DNA of 64,000 nucleotides. Source: Paraspadella gotoi (taxonomy: Eukaryota > Animalia > Chaetognatha). Positions 1 through 14,200 of this stretch are shown in pieces. The notes beneath the pieces were generated by a model, which had not been told where the DNA came from, searched no databases, and worked only from the letters and a program-made list of their open reading frames with translations. The translations under genes and the position numbers were made by a program. How positions within the stretch are numbered: position 1 is the first letter of the stretch; each line of letters opens with the position of its first letter. Location: assembly GCA_051294375.1 (NCBI GenBank), contig CM119265.1, positions 14,269,221 through 14,333,220 on the forward strand. The letters run 5' to 3'.

Positions 1-190
1 GAAGTGCGGATTGAAATTACTAAAAACTATCAATTGATTCTAAAACCAGTATATTAATCTATGTTAGATTGCAAGTTGAAAATTTGGTTAAATACACACC
101 TCAGCCGACTGAATATTAAGAGAAAGGGGAACGATTTTTACACCAATTTTTAAACCTTCGTCGGTTCAAATAAAAAGAGAATAATACTAC

Positions 191-463
191 CTTTTTGCTC
201 TGCAGACACCCGATGAAGGCGCCCTTATTAGTTCCCTTCTCCTCGAACTTGTGTCCGCCCGCTTGGGCCTCCAACGGCACAAATTGCTCGAGAAAGTCAT
301 CGTTTTTGGGCAAGACTTCCGTGACGTCATAACTGTCACCGTTCCATTGTTTCTGGTCGCCGACAAGGGGAAACTTAGTGGAAGGAATCACGCCCTTAGA
401 CCAATTGACGCCGACATCGCCGATTTGATGCTCTAGCGTTAACTTGGACACAAGTGACGTCAT
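191..463 (-). CDS. First exon of an inositol polyphosphate kinase (IPMK/IP6K-like) gene; continues beyond the left edge
   Basis: ATG at 463. The peptide FVPLEAQAGGH resembles the N-terminal PxxHQVxGH motif of IPK-family kinases. GT donor after ...LQSKK at 190. The catalytic PxxxDxKxG motif is not in the window. Confidence 0.5.
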
Positions 464-615
464 TTTCGACCTTCTCTCGTTTTATTGTTTTCATTGAACC
501 CTACTTCTCTGGAAGAAAAAGAACTAAGTTTAAACGCGAAAAAAAAATAAGATTAAAAACAAGAGTCAATAACCGCATGGGCGCGTCGTCTTTTAATTTA
601 ATCAAATTATCTGGA

Positions 616-2114
616 TTAAGAAATCCAACCATGATATTTTATCTTTAAAGGAAGATAACTGTTGTGCAAGAAATCAGGAGATATTTCGGCGACGCTTTGG
701 ATTTCCGCTTTTCGACCGATGCGAGACATGAGTTCAATCTGCTTTAGCCAGTCGGGGCTTTTCGCGCAGAGATCGGGGTGACGGTGAAGTGATGAGAGTT
801 TAGACCGGTCGGTTTCTGTCAGAGGCAACAGAGTCGACGCCGGAACAAGTTTCCTAAATTTATAACAGGTTTTTGCCTAATGAGCCACTCCGATGTAAGA
901 TTCTGAGATATGAGTATAAAATTATAAACCTATGTAAGTCAGATGGCAGGATGCCCAGCCACTTCGCTGGCGGAACCGTAAGAAGGTGCTTTTCTTCGTT
1001 AAGATTCTGCGATCCGAACTTATAGATCGAGGCGATATGGATTCCGTGAGGATCACAATCCATAAGTAGCAGCACTGGAATATTCAGACTCGTCCACAAA
1101 AATCGCACAAATTTTCTTGAAAAAAAATGCAGTCGGTAAAAGAAATGTTCTTGCTAAAAAAGGGAAACAAAGCTTTCACTCTTGCCTCGTGTTGTAATCG
1201 GGATAACCACATCCAGTGACTAGGATGCAATCCTGAAGTTCCCTACCCTGACTCAAAGCACCCGATGAAAGAATCTGTTGATAAGTGGCTTGTTTTTCGA
1301 CGACGAGGATGTGACGAGCCTCGGACTTTAATTCGGTCACGTCATCAAAGGGGACAGAAATTCCGAAGGTTCCTACTTGTTTACATTTGAAAGAATCATA
1401 AAAGGAGAGTTGTCCGGCCACAAAACCTAAAGTAGTGGCACTGACGTTAAGACAAGACCAACGGTTTTCAAATGTTTATCTCCTACCTTTTGCCGCCGCA
1501 ACGATGCCCAAATCGTTTCGTGGGACTCGCAAAATCTTGGCGCAAAGATCTAGTGTGGTATCCACGTAACTCTGCCGTCGCCAAAACGCGACGTCTTGGT
1601 AGTAAACGTCGCGTTTGGTGGATTTCCTTCCCGAGTTCAAATTGTCCTGAACGACGACTAAAAGTTTTAGGAGCCTCGGGAATGCCGCCGAGTGGAAACT
1701 AAGGGTTTTGGGGACTCGCACGAATTTGTCAGGAAAGACTTTATAATGATTGAGGTCATCGATGTGAGGTTCACAGTAGGGGTTGATCAGCATTTCATCG
1801 CCAAGATTAAGTGAAGTTGAAGAATAGGGTATGGATTGACTGTGGCTCCAATCATCGGAGAATTTACAAGTTGAAATAGTTGATTGATTGATAGTATTAT
1901 AATCGAAAATATCATAAATTATCTCGCCATCTGACTTCGCTTCCCGCGGGCGTTTTATACTCTCGCCGTCGTTGTCGTCTTGATGCCTTTTCCGCGTCTC
2001 TTCAAAGTAAGAAAGAGTGAAAGCCTCCGGACGTCCCTCCTCGACGCAGGCTTCCAATTCCCGCCGGATAGCGTCAATTTTAACCAAAATTAACTCTTTC
2101 GTCGATACGGACAT
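616..2114 (-). CDS. SPO11: Meiotic recombination protein Spo11 (TopoVIA family), 4 exons: 2114-1487, 1426-1186, 1115-930, 853-616
   Basis: Catalytic Tyr motif STKRDVYY, LGIVAAAKG, Toprim motifs ILVVEK, TGCGYPD and DCDPHG, and C-terminal KAEIQS...YLP. Exons join in frame if intron 2 uses a GC donor (AG|GCAAG). Confidence 0.95.
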
Positions 2115-2210
2115 TTTTTTAACGATAGGATCCAAGGTTTATAGACTGAACCTGGAAAACAAACGATGGAAAACGAACCAATAACAAAAATACGACTATG
2201 TCCCTAAAGT

Positions 2211-5200
2211 TCAAGTGGCCGTTTTGCAAGATATTTCTGTTTTAATGTTGACAGCCGCCAATTCGGCGACGAGATATTGAAAGCAATAAGGTACCACAAT
2301 TGACTGTACAGTCGAGGAAGAACCGCAGACTCGACAAACCACACGTGGTTCGCCCCAACTCTTTCTCGCTGGCAGCATCGATGTCGTGAAAAGCTGCTTG
2401 CATTCCGTACAAATCCGAGCGATGCTCCGGTCGGAGACGTTCATCAGGCGCTCCTGGGAACATAAGGTTGGTAATTTTAATGAAAGTTACAAGTTTACTC
2501 GTTTTACCATATTCTAAAAAAATATTTTTTTCAATATAAAAAATCTTAAAAGCATAAGGATCGTCGCAATCGCATAAGAAAAATCTGGATTGAAAATTAA
2601 TTTGTAAACAGAAAGAAAAATTCTATTTGCGATTGTCAATTAAAAAAAATAAAATACCGAGGAAAATTAAAATTACAGTTTTTGAAAAAAAGAAGAAAAA
2701 AAAGAAAAAACTTTTTTCATTGATAATGAAAAAGTATTTTTTTGTCATTGTCAATTGTCAAATAAACTGATCAGCAGACGCAGCATCTGAGGAAAAAAAT
2801 TTGAGAAAATAAAATTAATTTATAAACAGAAGGAAAAATTCTATTTTGCGATTGTCAATTAAAAAAATAATAAAATACCGAAGAAAATTAAAATTACAGT
2901 TNNNNNNNNNNCTTATTCAATTTTTTTCAATTTTTCAATTTGTTACTACCTTCGGGGCATGGGACCTGGATGCTTTCTCAAACTTAAAAGATTTCGCCAA
3001 ACTCCAAGCAACGAATGCAGGCTTAGATATCGGCAAAACGTCTAAGCACTTTTTTGAGAGACTTTGTCTGCCTTCAGCGCGAGAACGGGGACCTGCTCGC
3101 TTCCCGAAGTCCCGTGATTGAGTTGCCGTCTCATGTGGACGGAGTTGCTTGACTGTCTCCCGATCTCTTCTTCTTTTTCATTCTTTTTTATCTTCCCCTT
3201 ATTTGTTCTCGTTTATTGTTGACATAAGATATTTTTGCAACCATTCCCTCAATTATTTGTTTGCTCTGTTTTCTTTTAAGAAAAAAAAAAAAAATAATAA
3301 AAACGCAGAGAGAGAGAGAAGCCAAATCGTTTTTGGAAGAATCAGCAGCGGCAGCAGCAGAAGCAGCAGGAGAAAAGAGAGAAAAAGAAAGAGCCCCTGC
3401 AGAGCCAGCTGCAGACTCGTTTTTTTTGTTGATGAATCTGGGGAAAAGAGAGAGAGATAGCTACATATAATTAAAAGAGAAAAGAGAGAGAGAGGAGACA
3501 TAAAAGGATATTTGTTTTGATAAAACGTAAACAAAACATATTTAATAACTGTCCTGACCCAATTTTAAGGACATTGATGATGAGAAGCTGTATAGAAATT
3601 TTTAGCTTCATACACCCAAATTTAATCATAATAAATGGCGATCTATAATTTGGAACGCCGACGACAACAACGACGACGCCACTTATGTGCAAAACCACAG
3701 CAAAATCGTCGCAAACGCAAGGCGATTGCGACGATAAAAAATATAGTTATATCTACAAACTAGCGAGCAACTAGGTATATAAAATTAAGTAATCATTAAT
3801 TAAAAAGAAGAGAATAAGTTTTTACTACTGAAAAATTACAAAGAAATCTGTCTAAACGCCCTTTAGTAGAGAATGGGCTTAAAATTGATTCGTGTCAAAC
3901 TCAGCGGCTAAAGGGGAAGAAGACAAAAGTCAAGCGTTGAAGACACCCGAAAAAAGGGAAACTGTAAAGTCAATGGAAACAGCTGGTATTAAAGGAGCTA
4001 CAACCGACGGGTCAATGCCGCTTCATGAAGAGCCTTTCGATATGGGCGAGATCGAAGAAATACAAAACAATGAAGCATCACTGGGACAAATAAACCAATT
4101 AAACGGAAGCGAGCAGCCCCAAAGAATGGGGGAAGATCTCCCTTGGGAACAAGACGAGATAAGTGAGATCGAAGAAAAGCTCGTTAAGACTGGAACGGAA
4201 TTATCGTCCCTTACAAGGGCATTGGCGGCCGCCAATAGTCGGACGGATGACCAGCGGCAACGGGTCGAGAAAGTCAAGGACTTAGAAAAGCGAATAATCC
4301 GAGTTCGGCAAACTGTCGTAGAAGAATTAGAGTTTTATCGTAAACAATGCGATGAATACGAACCAAAGACAGATTTCGTCTACCATGCGAGCGAAGTGAG
4401 TATCGCTTCTTGCAAATCTTAATTTATTCTACAGTAGTATGTTAATTTGATGAGCGGAATTTATTGTAGATTGTAGATTATAAATTTCAATTTCGGTCTA
4501 GATGGGGGTGGAACAACTGAAGACCCTAGTACAGCGAACAGCGAAGATAGAAACGAAATTTGAGGAAGAAACGTTGCCGCCGCTTCGCGATCGCATTCTC
4601 CGAGAATTACTCGTGGCGAAAGATGAAGTGGAAGACATCAGAAGACGAGTGGAGTTGATTAAAGAGGAAGAGGCGGAAATGTCGAGGAGAAAACAAAGGC
4701 TTCAGAGAAGAATAGGCAAGACATTTAGGAATTAAAAATCGCTTGACTTTACTTCACAAATGCTTTTTCGTAGAAGAGACCCGCTGGGAGGCGGCACAAA
4801 TGCGACACCTCACTTTGGAGGTACAAAGAAGAGCTATGGAATTACGTCGACAAGCAGACTTAGCCCGTCGGCAGGCGGCCGAGGCTCACGTTCGCGCCGA
4901 TCAAACACGCCGCGCCGCTCGTTACGCCGCCTTGCAGTGGCTAACGGTGCGACAGACTTTATCTGACGGGGGAATCATGTCGAATAGGTGAATCACTTTA
5001 TTGGTAGGTTTTATTAGTAAATTTACCTCAATTAATTTTTTAATAGTACTATACCTAGATTATTATACAACTTTCTGGTGAACGGTATGAGGGAAAATCA
5101 AGAACGACATAACGAGATATCAAACGGTAGTAGAAAACAGAAAATTATTCCTTGAACTTGAGACACAAACAAAAATTGCGTCAATTTTATTGGAAACATA

Positions 5201-8200
5201 GGGAGAGACAACGTTGATAACGAACTCGGCGAACCAGAAATTGGGCGAATAAGTCCGTCAACAATGCCCACAAACTCGGTGATGGCTGAAAATCACGTGA
5301 TTGATTCGAAAGAAATCGAATGTGCGACGATAAAAATGAAGTGAGCGCAGTAGCGACTGAAATTGTAGACATTTATTTTCAATATAGGCGTTGTTCTACT
5401 CAGTATGTTCCTTACCGGACTCCACTTCCGAAAAGAAAAAAAAGGTAACTTTACGAGTAAACAATCAATATTAAAAAGATCAGAAAAGGGTTATCTTTCC
5501 TATAACTTACTAATTGGATACTTTGTCTTGGACTTAGAAACAACTGACGAAAAGAAAAAGAAAAAAGAGCAGGAAAATCAAAATAAAAAGTTGAAAATAC
5601 TTTCAGATGCGCCGGTACAAATAATCTGTGATGGCGGATCTCTCCTAAAATATAATGCTTGAAAATTTATCCTCCAGAACCCCACTTATACGAAGGCGGA
5701 ACCGGATTACCGACGTCCCAACAGCGGACCTTTAAATGAGCGAATTTGGCAAACGTTTTTTTCCATTCGTCAAAACATATCTTGCCTGGAGGATGAAATC
5801 AGACGCGCCGCGGATTAAACAGCTTTTGTGGTTATGATACATTTGAATGAATATAAACCTTGTTCCTGTCTTGGATAAACTCACAAAGAGAAGCATGCGA
5901 GTTATTAACACCTAGTATTTACCTGAAGAAGAAATGAAGCGCCGTGTGAAACGAGGGCGTCTCTCTCCATCTCGCCGAAACGTATGCCGCCACCTACTTT
6001 ACGTCCCTTCACCGGTTGTCGGGTAATACTGTCGATCGGACCGGTAGTTCGAACCTTGAAGTTAGGTGATGATAGTATTTACATAAAACGCACTTTACTA
6101 TATGAAATTGGTACAACCAATATATAAATTATCCATTCATCTAATAAATAAGCTATCTTGCCCTTGACTTTGGACAGGCTTTGGTGGTTTAAGGCCTCCA
6201 TCACTCTTACAAGATAATGACATCGCAGGTCGCTGCAAGCTTTCAATCAAGACACACAACCAGTGCCAGAGTACCTGAAGTGGTATAATATTTTAAAGAA
6301 TGTTTCAATTGTATGAAAAGACCCCTTTCTTAAGTATTAGATCGGGTAATACAATATTGTACTCCACACTAGCATCAAAATACAAGGAGCTGAATTTTAT
6401 GTAAATGTTACAACTAATATAAAAATTATCCATTCGTTTAATAAATAATAATTATATAATTCAAGGTATTAGCAAGAGGAAAAAAAAGATCTGACCTGAT
6501 ATTTGTCGGAAACCATGTGTCTAAGTCTTTGGTAGTAAACGACTCCGATGAAGATCTCAGCGGTGAGCATCTGCCCCCCTATCCCGGAATACATTGTCTC
6601 CGTTCCATAATAATCGAATCCAGCTCGGCGCAAAAGTTCCCCGTGGTACTCGTGCGCAGGTCTAGATTCAGAAAACGCATCGGAAAACGGGGAAGCGTCT
6701 TCGGGTACGCCGGAAACGGCCACGCTTTTACCGGCCATGCTTTCCAGCATCATGCCGATCGTCATCCGAGATGGATAGCCGTGGGGATTGAAGATGATGT
6801 CAGGCACGACACCGCTCTCGCAGAAGGGCATGTCCTAGAAACAAGACGGATAAAAGAATAAAATGACAATTAGTCTAAATAAATAGATTAAAAATCAGAA
6901 TTATGCTACTTCCAGACCTGATGAGGATAGCGCAAGGAGCAAACCCCCTTCTGTCCATGGCGCGAGGCGAACTTATCGCCTATGATAGGGTGACGCACAA
7001 AACGGAGCGTCAAACATGCGCGCGCGAAACCGTCGGAACTGTGTTCGCTTTGAAGCGCCTTGAAAAATAAGAACATGAAAGAGACCCCATGACAGAATTT
7101 TCTATTTGAATTACCTTTATCTGTTCTACAAATGCGTTTTCGCTTTTGTTGAATCTCTTAACAATGGGCGTTTGAGGTTCGTTTACGCTCACGTAAGAGT
7201 ACATAGGGTCGCCGTGTTTTAATTCAGTTCCCAATGGAGGAAACCCGTCTGCTTCCAGACCAGGAAACTTTTCCGGGTCGGGATTTCCGAAAACGTATGG
7301 AAATTTGGAGACCCATCGACGCTCGCCGGTAACGTCGCGAAGATCAATAATTTCACTTTTGTAGATGTAGCCCCAACAGAAACCTCGCTCGAAGCTACCT
7401 AAAAACGCAAATAGAAAGGGGAAACGAAAAAAATAGAAAATTTAACTTTTTTCCAAATCTCACTAGCTGTATTTTATTAAAATATAATGAGCAACATTCT
7501 AGGGAATGCAACTAAAAACAGACGGGTCACCAATTTAAAAACAATTTTAGAGACTTAACTTATGCAAAGCTTTATAAATTTAAGTTGCATCCTGGGTCCG
7601 CCCGCTCTTATGGAATATATTTGGGTCTTTATTACCTGAAAATCGCATATGGATTAAAACCAAGAACATTTTTGGAATCCCTTTGGTCTTAGATTAATCG
7701 ATATTTTATAATATTTATAGGACAATAGCCTAATTATAATTAATATTGTAACATGATATTTCTTTTTTCTTTCCGCGAGAATAGAAGATTATCACGGCTT
7801 AGTAAAACTTTGCATCAAGGTAAGTTAGTTATTATTATTATTGTTGTTATTATTATTATTGTTATTATTATTATTATCATCTCTATTTTTTGTCTTTTAC
7901 ATTATTGACGTTTATCGTCAAAAGTTTTTTTTTTAAGGGCTTTAATCCGTACGGATACCCAGATTAACCCATTAATTTACTAACTTACGTAGTAATTTGT
8001 ATGTTTTGTTTAAGTTATTACAACCGTTTGAAATTTTTTTAAAAAAGTATTAGTGCCGTGACCTTAACCTAGAGTCAAGCAATCTCTCTCTCTCACATCC
8101 CTCTCTCTCTCACTCTTTCTCTCTCATTGTCTCGCTGAAGAAGGCTAAGATTTTGCATAAAAAGAGCAAAAAAATGTTTCTCTTTAAAATGACAGGGAAC

Positions 8201-11200
8201 AGAACATTTTATTTATAATTATAAAAAGTTAATTCCGCTTAACCACCTCCAACATTAATTGATTTTTTTATGTTTTGTTCTGTTTTTTGTTATTACAATT
8301 TTTTGTAAGTTGTCATGGTTTTGAATATTTTGTGTAGGGTCTTTTGAGCCATCTGGTACAAGAATATTCACTGTTTTCAAACATTCTAAAATTTTAACTA
8401 ACCTTTATTGATTATCATAGCGTCTTCCATATCGTAACCTGTGTACGAAATCACGGCAACAACAGCATTAGTGCCCATCGGATAATTATCCATTTGGTAG
8501 TAATCGTAGACTCTGGGTCTGACGAAGGGCGTTTGAGGAGTCATCAAGCGGTAAAGCTTATTGTCAGCACGCTGTGGATAAGAGTAGGCGGGCGTCGCCA
8601 TAGTCTGCTTTCCCATCTGACACTGATACATGTTTCTTGGACTTTGATTAAAGTCAGAAAAAGGAGTGAGGTTCGCGATAACAGAAAGCATGTTTGTTTT
8701 TGAGAGCTCCAAGTGGGTTGTCTGGCCCGGCGAGATTTCCGTAGAATCGACGGCCACGTTGAGATAAACCTGATAGTCAAATAGAGGAAAGGAAAAGGAG
8801 AGTTAAAGGGAATTGGAAAGAAATGAAATAAAATGAGATAAAACCTGTTCAAATGATCCGATCCATTCGACGGAATTCGCTGAAAGGTTCTTCACCGGCC
8901 GCATCATTCTCGCTGGACTACAAAAAGAAAAAAAACATTTCTATTTTTTAATTGCGCCGCGAGTACTCGCGGAGCAAATCACTAAGTCACTTTTCGGTCG
9001 GTCGGTCTGTCCCACTTCTTTTAAAAATACACAACTCGCCTATAGTTAATTTATCATTTGTTAAGACAGGAATAAATCTTATATTTAAGTGACTGCTAGC
9101 GCTATACTTGATTGGCAGGGCGAATGGCAGGATGTTAGAATTTTGCAGGTGGTGCTTTATAATTCGAGCCTCTGTGTATACTTGATTGGCAGGGCGAATG
9201 AGGAGTTAGGAATTTTGCAGGGTGGTGCTTATAATTGAGCCTCTGTGTTATACTTGATTGGCAGGGCGAATGAGGAGTTAGGGAATTTTACAGGGTGGTG
9301 CTTATAATTCGAGCCTCTGTGTATTAAGGCGTAGTAAAATTTCTAAATTTAACTTTATGTAATTGCATTTTTTGCTTAACTTTTTTGAGCTCTATTAGAA
9401 TCAATTAAAAAACTAAAATATCAAAAGAAATTTTTTAAATATTATATAATTTCAATTTAATTTAATATTACAATTTCATAAAATTCAGTTCCTTGTATTT
9501 TGATGCTAGTGCGGAGTACAATAAGTATTCCCCGATCTAATACTTAAGGGAGTGGTCTTTTCATACAATTGAAACATTCTTTGAAATATTTTCCACTTCA
9601 TTAATAGGGAGGCCAGGTACTCTGGGAGTAAATAAACGGGACTGTGAGAGAGTCTTGATTGAAAGCTTGCAGGGCTGCTATGTAATTATCTTGTAAGAGT
9701 GATGGAGGCCTTAAACCACCAGAGCCTGTCCAAAGTCAGGGGCAAGATAGCTTATTTATTAAATGAATGGATAATTTTTATATTGGTTGTACCAATTTCA
9801 TAACAAAATATAATTTTAATTAGCGAATTATTCATGTTTAGAACATTTTTTCAAAAAAATATTTTTAACACTATAACTAATACCAATAATGGATTTGTTT
9901 AATACTGTTCCCATTAAAATTTGAATTTGGTTGGCTACCGCTACCAATAGCTACAAATAGGACGATCGAGGTGATTTTCAATATTTTACCCCTGAGCTAT
10001 GATACAGCGCCATGGAGGGTCCACCCAGGGGGGCAAACTATGACCAAAATTTATTTTTAAAAAAGACAATTTTTTTTGTAGGATCATTTGCATTAACATT
10101 TAACTTTGTAGAAAAATCATTTTAAAACAAATTTTCAAAAATTTAAATTGATTTTTCTTCTTTTGAATATTGTTAGTTCATCATTTTAGATCTAATTTTT
10201 GCTCCCCTAACGAAAGCTAGCATGAACCTATGTTCATGATCCTAGAATATAAAGCAAAAATTGGTTTTTCATAATAATAGATTTACTTTTCGGGACAAAT
10301 AAACGTTTCTGTAACTGTTCGGGATAAAAAGTTAAACAAAATTTTAAAAAAAAAAATTTATTCAATTTTTGCTTACCTGAGATGACCTATTAGGGACCCA
10401 TATCTCGTCAGGTCAATTTTCAAAATCCTCTCGATATTCCCATTTCTATTGCCCTATAGTTAGTTCATACAAATTTTTTTCAATGTCGGTCAAGTAGTTT
10501 GATCGGAANNNNNNNNNNNNNNNNNNNNNNNNNNNNNNNNNNNNNNNNNNNNNNNNNNNNNNNNNNNNNNNNNNNNNNNNNNNNNNNNNNNNNNNNNNNN
10601 NNNNNNNNNNNNNNNNNNNNNNNNNNNNNNNNNNNNNNNNNNNNNNNNNNNNNNNNNNNNNNNNNNNNNNNNNNNNNNNNNNNNNNNNNNNNNNNNNNNN
10701 NNNNNNNNNNNNNNNNNNNNNNNNNNNNNNNNNNNNNNNNNNNNNNNNNNNNNNNNNNNNNNNNNNNNNNNNNNNNNNNNNNNNNNNNNNNNNNNNNNNN
10801 NNNNNNNNNNNNNNNNNNNNNNNNNNNNNNNNNNNNNNNNNNNNNNNNNNNNNNNNNNNNNNNNNNNNNNNNNNNNNNNNNNNNNNNNNNNNNNNNNNNN
10901 NNNNNNNNNNNNNNNNNNNNNNNNNNNNNNNNNNNNNNNNNNNNNNNNNNNNNNNNNNNNNNNNNNNNNNNNNNNNNNNNNNNNNNNNNNNNNNNNNNNN
11001 NNNNNNNNNNATTACAACTTTTTAAAATTTTGATATTTTATTACTGAAAATGAGCAAAAACTATTAAAATCATTGGATGATGATAATGATAAAAATAATT
11101 TTTTCAGGTTTTTCTTAATTTTGACCTACTTATCATAAAAAAATATTGAAAAAAGAATTATACTGTGTAGATAACTATTTATAAGCTATCCGAATCTGCT

Positions 11201-14200
11201 TTTGAAAATAAAAAATCTCAAAAATTTTTTTTTTAGCATTTCCTATCTATAAATAAATATTAAAAGGCTTATTTTTACATTCGCTGACCGAGATTTTGAG
11301 GTCAGTCATTTTTTTTCCGCTTCTTAAGAACGACGTATAGAAATCTCGCTACGCAAAAATTTAAAAAAAGATACTGGAAAGGGTAAAAAAACTTTTTATT
11401 ATAAATCCTAAATAACCCCTAACCTTAATGAAAGCTTACATTGAAGCTGATACACGTTTGAAATTTACGTTTCTTTATAAAACTCGTATGTAAACAATTT
11501 ATTTTTTACCTCAAACATAAAAATTTAAAACTACTATTATCTATTATAAAATTATAAAATTTATACTACTGAATAAAAAAAATGTAAATTATTTCACAAA
11601 CTGAGACTCGATGCTAGAGGGAAAACAAAATTAAATGGATTAACAAAACACCGACCGGTGGTAGCTAAAGTTGGTTGCAGACGTCAAATAGTAAAGTTAC
11701 CCATATTAAAAAATTAATTACTAGTGCTTCTAGCCATTTTAGAAAATGTTGGTCCATTGAAAGTTTTCTCAGAAATGTATGAAGTTTCATCTGGGAATGT
11801 TCCCAAATCAAACTTCTGACCCAACCCATTGACAAAGTTTGGCTCTACCATTGGGATACTGTACGCAAAATCGTATCAAATTTGGTTAAAAACCGATTCT
11901 ATGTTCGAAAAAGCGAAAGAGCATTTTCTAATATGAAGCCTTCTGTAGTTATCAACCATTAAACGTTTATTAAACAAATTTTATAGTCATGTAGTCATGT
12001 GATCACAAGGAAATACATGTGAAAAGAAAGTCACTGCGGCGCAACACATTGGATGGATCAATCTTGTTTTATTACCTTTAATAATAACTTTTTTATGAAA
12101 TTAAATAATATTTTCTGTAATCTTTATTCCTACTATTTAATTAACAAACCATTCCAATGGTATGGTATTAAAATGATTTATAATGTAACTCTTTTAAACT
12201 TGCTATAAGTTTTTAATGATACATAGTTAACTTTACCTGGTAAATAAAAACATTCCAGGCTCTTGACTAGCGACATCAGTGGCAGGCACAAATCCAATTT
12301 CTAAAAAATTAGGAATGCTGTTGTCGCTCTCCGCCTTCATTCGGCGGAGAAGAGTGGCCGTGGAGGCAGCACCAGATCGGGGCAAGCAACCGACGACTTC
12401 GCCGTCTACCAAAACCGTATAAGAGTCAGATGCTGAAGACGATTCGTCCAGCTCCTCGAGGGGCACGAGTCCAGATCGTCGAAGCACCTCGAGAAGACCC
12501 GAAGTGCATACTCGTTGATTGACTATCTCACAGGAGGCCGCCAAGTGGTTAAGAAGTCCGCAAGGGGTACCGTCGGGCGTGTGTACCGGGCAGAGAAAAC
12601 CCCACGCCTCCGGAAGTAGTTTGCGGACGGTCGTAGTTCTCATTTCCGTGAAGTATGCGCCACGATGTATGCAACGAAAATGAGCCAGAAAACGGTAGAA
12701 GTTAATCTTTTCTATTTAAAGAGCGAAAATATTTTATTTTTAAATAATAGCCTTTTCCGAAAAAGCAATACAAATCCAATTTAAGTAGAGTAGAATGTAC
12801 CTGCGACGACGGAGAATCCAGATGCCTGCATCAATCCAAGTCCAGATTGGGAGACGACGTTCCCGGTGGCGAGCAAGTACTCAAATGCTTTCGTTAAAGG
12901 GGTCATTTTTCGAAGGGCGGTAGAAATCACGGATTCACCCGAGGAGGAGACTAGGGTCTCCCCGATAGATTCATCAGTTTGGTCTGCTTTTAAGATGTTT
13001 AGTTTGACTGCAGTTAACCAAGTTACCAACCTCTCTTTAAGCAGCATTCCAAGGAGATGACCGGGCAAAAGCACTTCCTGATTCATCGGAGAGTCAGGAT
13101 TTTCGGCGCAGCATTTTCCATTGACAAATCTAAACAGTTTTCGCGTCATGTACACCAGGAGGTTAAATTTTTCCACATGTCGTTGTCTTAAGTGAGGCAG
13201 GATGCAGTTGGTGATGAGGTACTCGCCGACCTGCTGATTGCTCCACCAGGGAGGACAGTCCGGTAGACGAATCCGGAAGAGTCTGCCTATATAGCTCATG
13301 GTTTCCTATAAAGAACCATTTTTCTGTCATCAATTTCATTCATTTCATAAATTTAAGCTAAAATACACCTGTTGATCTCCCATTGGAACATTTTCCGAAA
13401 GAGAGCTTCGTATCATTTCAATAATAGATGCCTTCAGGAAAGAGTCATCCTCCTGACCCTGAATCATTCGTCGATAGATAAACTGGTCCGTCTGATTGAC
13501 TAGGCACTTCAAAATCATGATGACTGGAACCAAAAATTGCTCTTTGCGATGAGTAAACCCAACCGTAACAACGCCGTTGCTGTTCAGAGTGAATAGCAAT
13601 ACAGGAAATTTGTCAGGCAATGTAAACGACTTATTAAACGTTTATTATTGGCATATACCTGAGGTAGTGAAGAGTGTTGGTGAGGCTTGATTGGTCTTCC
13701 TTTACGCTCCGAATAAGAATCCCTTTTTCGGTGTACAAAGGTCCGCGAGATTTCCATGATTTTCTTTCCATTGCGAGTGGGTAATTTCGACGAGTCATGA
13801 CGAGCATTCTAGAGAGATTCGAAACTACGTTTGTATGCCATTTAAGAAACAATTCACAGTTTAAAAGGGAACTTGGAAACAGGAAGGGACCGAATAGTGT
13901 TCATTAAATACCTAATAACTTTTTCAATTCCGTTGATCACGAAGTATCCACCCATTTCATGGGCTTCCTCTCCTAAGGCTACCAACTCTTTCGGTGTCTT
14001 TCCATGCAGATTGCATCGAGTAGTCTTCAACATAATAGGAATTTCTCCGAGGTCAGGGGAAACCATTCCTGAATAAAAGGTTATAGGCTAAATTTTACTT
14101 TCGCCGACCGGGGTTTTGGCGACTTTTAAAAAACCACTTAAAAATATTTATTTTATAAAAAAAAATAATAAAAATTGGCTTATTTTTACATTCGCTGACC

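Noticed and set aside
6101-6122. TATTGGTTGTACCAATTTCATA as a mariner TIR enclosing family E
   Set aside because: Within each E copy it recurs as a direct repeat, not an inverted one.
9103-9324. 73-bp tandem repeat as a CRISPR array or HDV-like ribozyme (GGCGAAT)
   Set aside because: Whole units repeat with no unique spacers, the context is eukaryotic, and no P1/P3/L3 could be built.
10499-11047. 182-aa ORF
   Set aside because: It spans an N gap and is an artefact.
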